From positions 1-62,256 of the forward strand of contig UYFQ01000028.1 in the NCBI GenBank assembly GCA_900617105.1: 62,256 nucleotides of DNA, in the 5' to 3' direction. Within the stretch, counting starts at the first letter, position 1. Each line of letters begins with the position of its first letter. The notes beneath the pieces were generated by a model that was not told where the DNA came from, ran no database searches, and was given only the letters and a program-made list of their open reading frames with translations. A program made the translations under genes and the position numbers. This document shows, piece after piece, positions 20,822 to 33,742 of the stretch. The stretch comes from Hydrurus foetidus (lineage: Eukaryota).

Positions 20822-21610
20822 CACTTCTGTAACTACTCTCGATGACTAGAAGCAATCACAACATTGAGGCACATCAAGTCCCTCGACGAGGCAACGAAAG
20901 CCGTCACCGACTGCGGTGCACTGCAGCATAATTTCCTCTCCTATGGTATAGTGACACACGTTCCTGTGACTGACTCCGATAGCACTGGCGGGGAGGGACA
21001 GCAACAAAAGAAGACGAACCTCGGCAGTGATGCATGATACAAGATTGACCTCGGCAGCTCTATTGCTTCAGGGAAGAAGAAGCTATGTCCTCGGATACTG
21101 CTGTTGTCGACATGGGCTGACGTGAAATTTGGGTTCGCAGGTGCAGAACAAGTAGCACAATATCTTTCCTGCTTTCGATGGAAAGAACATGGTCGTATTC
21201 TTCTGCCATTGATGACATTTCAGAAGCTGACGCTCATGCCAAACTTGAAATATCTGGGAGTTGGAAACCTTACGTGACAGATTGGGTGATAGCAAGACAT
21301 AGGAGACTTGTAGCAAATGTGATATCGTTTTTATCTATTTGCCATGTTTCTGATTTGAGTAAAGGTGATGGGTGAGACGGCATGGACCAAACGATTATGT
21401 AGACGATGAATAGAGAATTCAAGGAGGAGACGGGAAGCGCATTAACCTTCACAGAAGAACGTCATTATTTTTCTTTCGTAGAATACAGAGGAACAAATAT
21501 CATTCTGACCAGCATGTTCTGTCTGATGACTTCTGATTTGGCTCTCTTCTCGGGTACACTTTGCAACTTTCCTTCAGGTACAACACATCAGCGGGGGACA
21601 CCGATGAAAT
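20822..21610 (+). pseudogene. Nudix hydrolase pseudogene, NUDT16/U8 snoRNA-decapping-like (copy A)
   Basis: ILLLSTWADVKFGFAG, then a likely intron, then G*DGMDQTIM*TMNREFKEETG. In-frame stops. Confidence 0.7.
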
Positions 21611-21611
21611 A

Positions 21612-23180
21612 CCTTACTGGGGCACTAGCAGCAGCAGCAGCAGTGTGATAGTCACTGATCATTCTGAAAGCGTTCAGAACATCAAAGTTCCTAACGTTTC
21701 AGCTGACGTAACTTCAACAACTGTGACGTCACTTGAAAGCGCTGTAACGAAATCTACAGAACATACCACTCTTCTTATCGATGGAAAGAACATTGTCGGT
21801 TCTGATGTACCGGAAGCTTCTGCACCGATGCTTCTGTTTGATGAAAAGGTTCGTACTAGTCGTGTTTTTCATTTCATTTCATTTCAATTTATTTGATATG
21901 GTCGAATTCACAACTAAACAGCAATACCATTTATTCGTCCACAAAAATGACCGCTGAGAACAACGATTGTCACACTATATTCGCCAAATATGCTTCAAGA
22001 AAATCCTGAAAAGTGCTGTTTTGTTCTGAATTCGACAATACGTGGTCACTATTTGTGCATTCCTGCTCATTCAGACGCTATTCAGCAATCTTATTTCATT
22101 TCAATATTGAACATATGAGAATACTTCTATGCAATGCCACACACAACAGTATCAGACCAAAATAAATGAACACGAAGAAGTAATGAAATGTATTTGAAGT
22201 CAGCAGTAACATGATAACACAATAAAATTTCTCACAATTTGATTAAAAGGCAACTTATAACACGTCAATCAAATACTTCCACAGAATGACCTACTTATAA
22301 ACAATACTGCACATGTACTTCCATGCGTACGTAGGCATTTTACTTATTTAAGAATAATTATTTGGCGCTACAATTGCCGGATGGATCAGATGTGACGGTC
22401 AATCAGCTGTGGTCAAAATTCCTTCAAAAAAGTGAGAAATTTCCCTTGAAATACAAGGTTTCTTCTTTTTTTAGAGATCAAGGGTAAGAGTGGAAAAAAG
22501 GCCCTATTTATGTTGATCAGATGACTGATTTATTCTGTAATTATTTCAACTTGTCTGTTGCGATTGTTGTTAATTTCAAGAAAGTATCACTATGCATTCA
22601 TCTACTACTAATTATTTGTTGTATGCATGATGTATTATTTTCAGTGGTTTGTTGACAACTTTTCACTTCATTTTTACACATAATTACCTTTTCTTCAACA
22701 GGTATGTGGTGAAAGCAGGCGTGCATTACGGCTTAGATTATGCCGTCTACCGTACCCTTCCCACCCACTGCCATTCTGAAATATGCGCAATGGTGGTGGA
22801 TGCGACTGTTCCCTTGTACCCCAGGGGCTTTAGGGGTCATTTTCAGGGAAATGGGGTCCTGTGTGCGGAGAATGAAGGAGAAATGAGAGATGATGAATGC
22901 ATCGCTGTGAATAAAAGAAAGTTTGGAGGTTATGAAGATGAAAAAAGTAAAATTCGGAGGGACGTTGATGGAAATAAAAACATCTGTTAACATGATGATG
23001 AGGAGCGCAGAGGAATCAAATTAAGATCACAACGAGGAGAAAATGATCGAGAAGATGGAACAGGTAGAGAGAGAGAGAATGGAGATGATAATGAAGAAGG
23101 AGAAGGAGAAGAGGAGATTGAGGTGGAGCTTCTTCATCTGGGATGGAGACACATCTCAACTCTGACAAGAGTTATGGCCC
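21612..23180 (+). pseudogene. SEN2: tRNA-splicing endonuclease subunit Sen2-like, partial (copy A)
   Basis: Exons give AFYLF...LWSKF...FRDQG|YVVKAGVHYGLDYAVYRTLPTHCHS. CAA>TAA stop at 22988. 3' exons absent. Confidence 0.8.
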
Positions 23181-23194
23181 CAAGTCAGTACTGT

Positions 23195-23700
23195 AGTATT
23201 CTATTCTATAGAATACTATTTTACACTATGTTATATCACACCATGTCATGCTACACTATACTGTTACTGTGTACTTACTATACTCTACTCTACTATTATG
23301 GTACAGAAGATGTCATTCTACAAGATGCTAACTATATACTATACTATACTAACTGAACTACACGATATTATATCATATCACACTATGTCATGCTACACTA
23401 TACAATACTATACTATACTGCATACTACTACTGCACTAATCTTTTTCAGATACTATACCACTGTGGGTATATATACGTTACACTACTGCACTGCGGGTTA
23501 TACTACACTATCTATACAAGCACTGCACGTAGATGTATACTGTGTACCACACTAACTATACCTACTCGCTCTATGATGTACTAATACTGCCCCGGGAACA
23601 TACTCGGCTACTGCCTCGAGTATGCTACACATATTATATTATCTGTCTACACTACCAACTATCTTATACTATACTATCTATACTGGCTGGACTGTACTGC
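23195..23700. repeat. Degenerate (TACTA)n-like tract interleaved with Cys-rich gene sequence
   Basis: TACTA/CACTA units mixed with recognisable fragments of 33900-34550. Confidence 0.7.
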
Positions 23701-25269
23701 CAATCAGCACTGAACCACGTATGCAAACCTTGCTTGAAAGACACATACTCCCTTGAACCCACGGACGCCTGCTTGACCTGCCCAAAAGGCTCTTACTCAG
23801 GGGTTGGCGAGAAGGAATGCCGCCGCTGTAGTCCAGGGCAAAACTTCGACTATCAAAATCTGTCTTGCGCAGATTGCCATCCGTCCTACTACTCCCCCCA
23901 CCCCGACGAACCTTGCCGCAAATGCCCAGCTGGCGAATACTCAGGCCCCAGGGCCGCCGAGTGTAAGAAGTGCCCAGATGGAACTACAGCAAAACCCGAC
24001 CAAACGGGATGTACCGATCCGACCCCTCATCCTACCCCGGCTCCGACCCCTCACCCTACCTACGACCCGACCCCCCCTCCTACCCCTTATCCTACCTTTC
24101 GTCCTAGCTGTCCGTACGGACAGTACTACGATTACCAGTTAGGTATATGTGTTGGGTCGCCTGCCCCTACGGAACCTCCTTCTTCGTGTTTAGAGGGAGA
24201 GTACTTTGATGGACTCCTGCACGAATGCGTAACGTGCACAGCTGCAGATGCGCGTGCTGGTAAATGTACAGTTCGGTGCGATCCTGGCTATGGACCACAC
24301 GGCATTGAACCATGTTCTCCGTGTGCGGTGAATACGTTTGCACCTGACGGGGCGAAAATATGTATCCCCTGTCCCTTAGACATGGTGGTGACAGATGAGA
24401 GAACGAAGTGTGTGTACTGCAAGGCATCATACTTCCGACAAGCGTACCCCATCAACCCGTACTACCAGTACAGTAAGCCTGCGGAGTGTTTGAAATGTCC
24501 AGCAGGAACCTACTCTAGATTCCGAGACAAAAGGTGCCGTAAGTGTTCACCAGGCAAGACAGTAAATGCGGATCAAACAGGATGCATAGTTCTCACTCCC
24601 TCTCCAACCATCAGCCCCACCCCCGAACCCACCATCGCGCCTACCGCTTCGTGTTTACACGGAGAGTACTTTCATGCCTTCCTGGGCGAATGCGTAACGT
24701 GCACAGATGAGGAGACGCGTGCTGGTGAATGTACAACAAGGGAGTGCCCCGAGGGTTTCGGATTATTTAACGAACATCCCTGCCGGTCATGTAAAGTGAA
24801 TACGTACGTACCTGAGGGGGCGGATACATGTATCGCCTGTCCCTTAGACATGGTGGTGACAGATAAGTGGACGAAGTGTGTGTATTGCAAGCCATCCTTC
24901 TACAGACAAGCGTACAAAGTCAAGCCGTGGTACCAGTACAGCACGCCTGCGGAGTGTTTGAAATGTCCAGCAGGAACCTACTCTGGTTTCCAAGACACAG
25001 GCTGTCATGAGTGCCCACCAGGTCAAATCCTAAAATCCGATCAAACAGGATGCACACATATTCCTATTGTTCCAATTGGCCCACCTAACCCTTATCCCAC
25101 CGGTCCCACCCCCACTTTATCTAGTGACCGCACTCCCGCCCCAATCGCCGAACCTACTTCCTCACCTACCGAACCTCTCACTGCTCTTAATCCATTCTTT
25201 CCCTACGCCCTAACGCAACCCACACCTCAGCCAATAACAAATCCCACATCCCAACCCACTGCGCTGTAG
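23700..25269 (+). CDS. Cys-rich repeat (ephrin-receptor-like/GCC2-GCC3 type) protein with Pro/Thr stalks, copy A; 5' end garbled
   Basis: Repeated CxxCPxGxYS modules and PTPxPT tracts. Ends SQPTAL. Confidence 0.85.
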
Positions 25270-26854
25270 ATGGTTGTAACCACTCCGCGCCTGCTTCGCA
25301 TTTAACACCCCTTAGCAGGGCTCTTAAATATCGTCTCCTTCTCTCACCATCGTCGGCCCACACTCACAATAAATCGATTCCTCCTACAAGCTCCTCGTCG
25401 AATATAATCCGGTTGCTGTTATTTCTTTTAATACGCCATGTAGCAGCCGCACTGTCAGGTTCATGCATCGCCTATACCGTCTGGTCACACCACATCATAT
25501 TATACTACATTACATCACTTTACATTACACTACACTATCTACCATCGGGTACCTGATCATTATCATCGAAACCAGTACCATAGCTGACACCTCTACCCCT
25601 TGAACTAAGACTTACGTCATTAGATGCTTCAACAAGTACTTCTCCGCTCCATCTTACCGTAATCTACGTGAAAGCCTGAGCGATATGCAGCCAATGTGTA
25701 TTGGTTTCTTAGTTTATTATCCCATGTAATCTAATAAACATTGTTTGTCTTGACTCTTTTTGGCTTTTCATCACCGCACTTAGTGACAGCAATCTAAACA
25801 GTGTGTTACATGGTATGATATCGCATTGCCAGGGATGTTGTCGCGGTCACTACTAGCTATGCATGAATGACATTTAAATGTCGTGGCGCATCGAACGTGC
25901 TCGTTCCCACAGAGCTTTAATTGACGGTCAAACTGTGCTGTTATTTAATGAAAGTTTGTGACAGAAGCGAATACGTAGACATGAACAGGCTGCAAGTGTC
26001 CTGCTGCTGATGATCCGCCATGACCGGGTATGAGGTGATGTGGACGAATCTCGTCTGGTGTGACGTGCAGTGTAAGTAGGGCAGATCCTCATCCACTTCT
26101 ATCTCCTCATTCGCTTCATCGTGTTCCAAAAATGCGTGCTAATATTTTCTTAATAACCTCTCTCAAACCAGTGTCCAAATCAGCACATGGAACAAGCCAA
26201 GCTAAATTAAATTAAATCAGGACAACGAAAAGACGAGGTGTAGCCAGACTTCGGTAGCGTTTACAATGATAGCACCTTATGCATCTCTAACGACCACGTC
26301 GGTGGCATTTGTAGTGCAGTACTCCCTACTGGATTCAGTTTCTTTTATGTAAATCATACGCTATGACATTCCATCATGATCTGACTGATGATCGATAGAG
26401 TAGTTCACTTTTGATTTGCAGCCTTTTGTTGAGTCGATGCATGGCCGGAGGCATCTCGATATTGCCCATTTTGCAGGGGTGGTAAATTTGTACTTTGAGA
26501 GCAACTTATTGTTGGTCTTCAGAAGTTCATGTCGTTTCGACGACATCGTTTTGAAATCAAGCAAAGCTGGAAATTCTCTTCGTTCATTTGATAACGTATG
26601 TAGTGTCTCTCAGAGCATTGAAAGGGTCATATTCAAGCGTTTCATGCAGTGTTTCAGTGCTCCATTAATTAAAACGTTTCATTTTTATTTCTTTTTCATG
26701 TTCTCATCTTGTTCATTTCTGAGAGTCAGAAATGAAAAATGAAAAGTGATCGAAGTTAAGAAGCGGGATTTGATAACTGAAAGAGGAAGTTGAGAATAGT
26801 TCTGAGAAGTGAGAAGTGAGAAGTCGAAGTTCAGAAGAATTCTACAGTGAATCA

Positions 26855-27652
26855 ATGCACTTCTGTAACTACTCTCGATGACTAGAAGCAATCACAACCT
26901 TGAGGTACATCAAGTCCCTCGACGAGGCAACGAAAGCCGTCACCGACTGCGGTGCACTGAAGCATAATTTCCTCTCCTATGGTATAGTGATATACGTTCC
27001 TGTGACTGACTCCGATAGCACTGGCGGGGAGGGACAGCAACATAAGAAGACGAACCTCGGCAGTGATGCATGATACAAGATTGACCTCGGCAGCTCTATT
27101 GCTTGAGGGAAGAAGAAGCTATGTCCTCGGATACTGCTGTTGTCGACATGGGCTGACGCGAAATTTGGGTTCGCAGGTGCAGAACGAACGAGTAGCACAA
27201 TATCTTTCCTGCTTTCGATGGAAAGAACATGGTCGTATTCTTCTGGCATTGATGACATTTCCGAAGCTGATGCTCATGCCAAACTTGAAATATCTGGGAG
27301 TTGGAAACCTTACGTGACAGATTGGGTGATAGCAAGACATAGGAGACCTGTAGCAAATGTGATATCGTTCGTATCTATTTGCCATGTTTCTGATTTGAAT
27401 AAAGGTGATGGGTGAGACGGCATGGACGAAACGATTGTGTAGACGATGAATAGAGAATTCAAGGAGGAGACGGGAAGAGCATTAACCTTCACAGAAGAAC
27501 GTCATTGTTTTTCTTTCGTAGAATACAGAGGAACAAATATCATTCTGACCAGCATGTTCTGTCTGATGACTTCTGATTTGGCTCTCTTCTCGGGTACACT
27601 TTGCAACTTTCCTTCAGGTACAACGCATCAGCGGGGGACACCGATGAAATAA
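26855..27652 (+). pseudogene. Nudix hydrolase pseudogene, NUDT16-like (copy B)
   Basis: Nudix box with exact GX5EX7REUXEEXG spacing at 27410-27475 (G*DGMDETIV*TMNREFKEETG), containing a TGA and a TAG. Confidence 0.75.
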
Positions 27653-30600
27653 CTTACTGGGGCACTAGCAGCAGCAGCAGCAGCAGCGTGATAGTCAATG
27701 ATCATTCTGAAAGCGTTCAGAACATCAAAGTTCCTAACGTTTCAGCTGACGTAACTTCAACAACTGTGACGTCACTTGGAAGCACTGTAACGAAATCTAC
27801 AGAACATATCACTCTTCCTATCGATGGAAAGAACATTGTCAGTTCTGATGTACCAGAAGCTTCTGCACCGATGCTTCTGTTTGATGAAGAGGTTCGTACT
27901 AGTTGTGTTTTTCATTTCATTTCATTTCATTTGATATTATCGAATTCACAACTAAACAGCAATACCATTTATTTGTCCACAAAAATGACCGCTGAGAACA
28001 ACGATTGTTACACTATATTCGCCAAATATGCTCCAAGAAAATCCTGAGAAGTGCTGTTTTGTTCTGAATTCGACAATACGTGGTCACTATTTGTGCATTC
28101 CTGCTCATTCAGACGCTATTCAGTAATCTTATTTCATTTCAATATTGAACATATGAGAATACTTCTATGCAATGCCACACACAACAGTATCAAACCAAAA
28201 TAAATGAACACGAAGAAGTAATGAAATGTATTTGAAGTCAGCAGTAACATGATAACACAATAACATTTCTCACAATTTGATTAAAAGGCAACTTATAACA
28301 CGTCAATCAAATACTTCCACAGAATGACCTACTTTTAAACAATACTGCACATGTACTTCCATGCGTACGTAGGCATTTTACTTATTTACGAATAATCATC
28401 CGGCGCTACAATTACCGGATGGATCGGATGTGACGGTCAATCAATTGTGGTCGAAGTTCCTTCAAAAAAGTGAGAAATTTCCCTTGAAATGCAAGGTTTA
28501 TTCTTTTTTTAGAGATCAAGGGTAAGAGTGGAAAAAAGGCCCTATTTATGTTGATTAGATGACTGATTTATTCAGTAATTATTGCAACTTGTCTGTTGCG
28601 ATTGTTTTTAATTTCAAGAAAGTATCGCTAAGCATTCATCTACTACTAATTATATATTGTATGCATGATAGGTTATTTTCAGTAGTTTGTTGACAACTTT
28701 TCGCTTCATTTTTACACATAATTACCTTTTCTTCAACAGGTATGTGGTGAAAACAGGCGTGCATTACGGCTTAGATTATGCCGTTTACCGTACCCTTCCC
28801 ACCCACTGCCATTCTGAAATATGCGCAATGGTAGTGGATGCGACTGTTCCCTTGTACCCCAGGGGCTTTAGGGGTCATTTTCAGGGAAATGGGGTCCTGT
28901 GTGCGGAGAATGAAGGAGAAATGAGAGATGATAAATGCATCGCTGTAAATAAAAGAAAGTTTGAAGGTGATGAAGATGAAAAAAGTAAAGTTCGGAGGGA
29001 CGTTGATGGAAATAAAAACATTTGTCAACATGATAATGAGGAGCGCAGAGGAATCAAATTAAGATCACAACGAGGAGAAAATGATCGAGAAGATATAGCA
29101 GGTAGAGAGAGAGAGAATGGAGATGATAATGAAGAAGGAGAAGAAGAAGAGGAGATTGAGGTGGAGCCAACTAAATGTCAACAGGGATGGAGACACATCT
29201 CAACTCTGACAAGAGTTATGCCGGTAAGTCAATTGTCAGTACTGTAGTATTCTATTCTATAGAATACTATTTTACACTATGTTATATCACACCATGTCAT
29301 GCTACACTATACTGTACTATACTACACTATACTATACTCTACTACACAACACTACACTATATTATATTACATCGCACCAAGTCATGCTACACTATACTGT
29401 ACTATACTATACTATACTCTACTACACAACACTACACTATATTATACTATACTATACTATACTACACACTATGTATATTGCACTATACTATACTATACTA
29501 TACTATACTGTACTATACTATACTACCATATTATACTATACTACTATACTACTATCTTTACTACTACTATTTATACTATTATACTACTATTATACTACTA
29601 TTATCCTATACTGGCACTACTACTATACTATACTATACTTTACTACTATATTATACTATACTATACTATACTATACTACTACTATATATACTATACTGCA
29701 CTGCACTATACTGTACAATACTATACTATACCATACTATACTATACTACACTGCACTATACTACACTACACTGCACTACCTTGACAGGTATTTGTACTGT
29801 TCTAGTGCTGTTTATCACTCACATAATTTTCAATAAATTTTTCATAATCTACTCTAATATTTTCTTTCTGTTCTTTTCAGGATGTGATGAAACTTTTAAC
29901 GTTATGTTACGTCTTACCCGTTGCATTTCGATCAAACTTTGCCGTTAAACAAAACATTGGAGACGAAATCATAAATGATGAAAATGGTAGTGAAGACAAA
30001 AGTGTCAATGAAAATGAAAATGAAACCAACGATGTTGATGATGGCATGATGGTAAATGAATATGATGGAAGAGGTAGTGAAGAAGAAATCGAAATTATCG
30101 ATGAAAATACGGGAAATGGTGAATGTGAAGTAATTGCAGAAATGGAAGAGAGTGACGAAATGGAAATACTGCACAACGAAAAGGAGGAAGAGACGAATAA
30201 CTCGGAAATTAATGAAGTGACCTATTATACGGACACTCTGACATCTCCACCTTGCCCTACCTCTTTCCCTACCTCTTCTTCTTCTCTACCTTCCTCTTCT
30301 TCTTCATCCTCTTTACCTTCATCTTCTTTCCCTACCTCTTCTTCTTCCTCCTCTACCTCTTTCCCTACCTCTTCTTCTTCTTCTTCTTCTTCAGGTGTAA
30401 GTAAAATTCCTTGTGTTTCTTCTTTCCAATACGCTGATTTATTTGCTGATCCAGCCAATATCACTGAAGGTAAAACAATTATCAGTTTCGTCATCATACA
30501 TAAAAGTCATCATGTCATACTTTACTTGTCTTAAAAGAAATATGATACATCACACATTTTGCATAAGTCATATTTGTATTTAAATTATGATTGGTGTTAC

Positions 30601-32793
30601 ACTCATTTATATCAGGTATAGATTATTCTACCCCCGCTTGTTTATCTCTTCTGACTGTACGTCCAGTTTCCGTTATGGTTAGAAGGCTGCCGGCAAAAGG
30701 TGACGATTCTCATTTTGCACCATCTAGAGCTGATTTTTTCCAGTAAAGTATTTTTAGTTTTTCGAAAGAATTTGCGATTTAATTTGTTTTTCATATGGTG
30801 GATAATTTTTATTTTTTATAGTATAAACATAGATAGAGTTCTATGTGTCGTACTCATCGAAATCAGGATTCTATTTTTGAAATTCAGAACACGCGATGAA
30901 ACTTAGACTGGGCGCAATTTGTAACTATTTTCGATTGTTATTGTTCTTCTTTTTTGCAGGCGAAATCTACAAGTCTATCGGCGAAGTTCAAAAAAAATAT
31001 CGAAGTTGTTCAATTTTGAAAATTCCGAGACAGTCAATAATGGGAAATGCATCAAAAACCGGAAATAAGGGGAAAACCGTATCTAATGGTGTATCAACAT
31101 TAATGAAGAAAAAACGAAAACAAAGAAGAGATCATACAGAATTGCGTACTAAATCGCATACAAAGCACAACAAAATGTGGAAATCATTAAATGTTCCTAT
31201 GTCTCAAGAAATGAGCAGTGCGCTGAAAACTCAAATTCAACAAGAAAAAGCACAAAAACTGATTGAATTAGCAAATGACAAAAAGAACTCGGCAGAAGCT
31301 GTATTGAAGAGAGAACAAAAAGAAAAAAGAAGTGGGAATCGAAGATGAAAACATGAAGATGACAACGAAAGTGATGAAGAAAGAACAGAGGGGATGAAAA
31401 CAGAAAAGTAGACCAGAGGGGAAGGAGGAGATGAACATGAAGAGGGAGTGCAGGACAATATGTCAACGTATTTGGTGACGTACAAACTTCAACTTCAAGT
31501 AGCAACAATGACATTAGAAATAGAAATAGGGGAGGTGCAAGAAATGAAAGAAGTAGTGGGAAAGGTAGTGTGCATGGAAAGGAAAAGGAAAGAGAAAAAG
31601 AAAGAGGGAAGGGGAATTTGAAAGGTGTTAATAAACAGGGCGGATCAAGTGCGGCGGAGAAAAGAAAAGAAATGCAAAGAGAAGCAGGCAGAGCTGCCGT
31701 ACGTGCTGCCATGGCGAGTATTGGTACGAATGTCTCACATAGTAGTGCCAGTGCCAGTGTCAGTGTTGTCGATACCGATGTGTGCATCAATGAGAGCAAC
31801 AGTAGAAGTGATGGTAATGGTGATGGTAAGGAAGTCGATGATTTTGGTACGATAGTCAGTACTGCTAGTGCCTCTGTCCTCGGTAACTTTGTCAGTCATG
31901 TTGAAGTTGAGAATGTTCCGTTGAAGAACGTTCCTATGAATGATGTTCCTATGGAGAATGTTCTTTTGTCTGGTACTGAAAGTGCTTCGTCAGTTGGCGA
32001 TATTTACAATGAATCTCTTGATGCTGTTTATTTTGACGGAAACGATCTGTACAGTAACGATGAAAGTTATGATGACAATGCAGTGAGCAACAGTAGTTGT
32101 AATAATGATGATAATGATGATAATGATATCGGCAGTCATAAGAAATATGAAAATAAAGGACAAAATAAATATGAAAATGACGGCACTGATAAAGATGAAA
32201 ATGTCGGTTATAGTAAATCCACTAGCAATAGTAATGACACCTACGATAATAGAAATAACGAAAACAACGCCAAATCCGTCAATACTGATTATTCAATATT
32301 ACCGGAAAGTCTTGACAGTGTAGAGTTAGCAAGTGGCCCACCCGTACAGCATGTAAGTACGTACAACACGAATGAAGCGTTGACCAATGGTTGTGCTGAC
32401 GATGGCATTGAAGTGGTTACGGATAATAGTATTCAAAATAATGGCGTAATAAAACACGATAATACGACTAATAGCAGTTATGTCAATGATGATATTAGTG
32501 TTAGAAATAGCGGTGACTTCGACAGGAGTAGAATAATCGAAATCGATATCAGTGAAAACAGCAGTAACGATGATAACAGTGATTCGGACAATAGTGGTAT
32601 AACAAATAACAACAACAACAATGATGATAACAATAGAAACAGTGATGATAGCAACAACAATAAGTATGATAATAATGGCAATTCTGATGATATCACAAAT
32701 AGACATAATAACGCTTTTGAGGACGATATAACAATCGAGGATGACGATAGCGAGGAAAGTGTTGTATTCATCAAAATGTCAAATGTCAAATAA
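27653..32793 (+). CDS. SEN2: tRNA-splicing endonuclease subunit Sen2-like, multi-exon, no native 5' end (copy B)
   Basis: Inferred exons ..27891, 28373-28521, 28740-29223, 29881-30469, 30616-30699, 30960..32793 with GT-AG introns. LLFDEE|AFYL, catalytic Y (DYAVY), H (CHS), K (DVMKLL), and VRPVSVMVRRLP. Frame breaks at ~31320-31570 in the low-complexity tail. Confidence 0.8.
29297..29778. repeat. Intronic (TACTA)n microsatellite in SEN2 copy B
   Basis: Imperfect pentamer run inside intron 29224-29880. Confidence 0.95.
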
Positions 32794-33742
32794 TTTGTCA
32801 CCACAGACAATGCGTGATCACAGTGAATAAATTTCATAAAAGTGATTGTACTAAATTTCCAATTAAATCGAATCATTGTTGTCGGATAGGATAGAGGGAC
32901 TTTATTTGTATTGAATGAATTTAAATCATAATTCGATTGGTTGTCTTGGAATCTGCATTCTCGCAAGCACATGGAATAGAAGAGAATAAGATAATTAGAA
33001 ACATGATAAAATGAAATAAGACAAAACATTTTACAAAAACAAAACAAAGGAGAGAAAATGAAAACGACACCAAAGAAAACAAAACAAAATAGTGCAATAC
33101 TTAACAACTTCAAAACAACAATTACCGTATGATGATGTAACACGACGTGGCATGACAAAGTAACGAAAGGTAACTAGAGGAAATCAATAAAATTGACTTT
33201 CACAGTCGAAGAGGATTTTCGATAAAATTTGGAATCTGCTGATTGACTTGTTTCCATGTTTGACAGTATTTGATAGTTAATCAAATCAGATGGTGGAAGA
33301 TAATCAGTTTCTCAAACTTGAGACTCACTTGTTCTGTAAAAGTTTTCGTTTTCGTTTTCTGTTCTCGAGATACGAGGTGTCTCCACCATATCAACTTCAC
33401 ATGTGGGCGTCTTACAAGACAAAGAAAAGTCCAGTGCAGAGTATGGATTCCCCACACAGGACACTCACACGACCTTACCGAATTTTCAAATTTTCATTCA
33501 TGCGGAGAGATCGATCAAAGTTTTCAATTGGAATCTCAAAATTTGAAAAAACTGAAAATAATCGAGAAAAAGGATCCCAAAAATTCGGAAAAATCCTTGT
33601 TGAAGCAAGAAGTTTTGAGTGAGTTCAATGTTCAATGACATGGTGTCTATCTATCACCACGTTCGTGGCACTGAATACACATTTTAATTCTTGGAAGTCA
33701 CCGAAACCCGAAACCCAATTCACGTTCAAGAAGCGACGCGAC

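Larger units (their letters stand above)
20822..26857 (+). repeat. Segmental tandem unit A (~6.0 kb; lacks ~4.6 kb present in B and C)
   Basis: Begins CACTTCTGTAACTACTCTCGATG, as do 26858 and 37518. Confidence 0.9.

Noticed and set aside
20842..21420. Alternative genetic code explaining the Nudix stops
   Set aside because: Both TGA and TAG would need reassignment, while long ORFs elsewhere in the window are free of them and end at standard stops.
25941..26700. Minus-strand gene at the end of each array unit (short ORFs such as EHDEANEEIEVDEDLPYL)
   Set aside because: Fragmented by stops with no motif I can recognise. It may be a decayed gene, but I cannot support a call.
29175..29948. Tyr/Thr/Ile/Leu-rich ORFs (also 39955-40352, 23123-23584)
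   Set aside because: Translations of the intronic TACTA microsatellite.
32326..33158. Hydrophobic membrane-like ORFs on the minus strand (also 42773-43731, 408-800) and plus-strand equivalents (7895-8116, 61075-61740)
   Set aside because: Antisense shadows of N/D/Q-rich low-complexity coding sequence.
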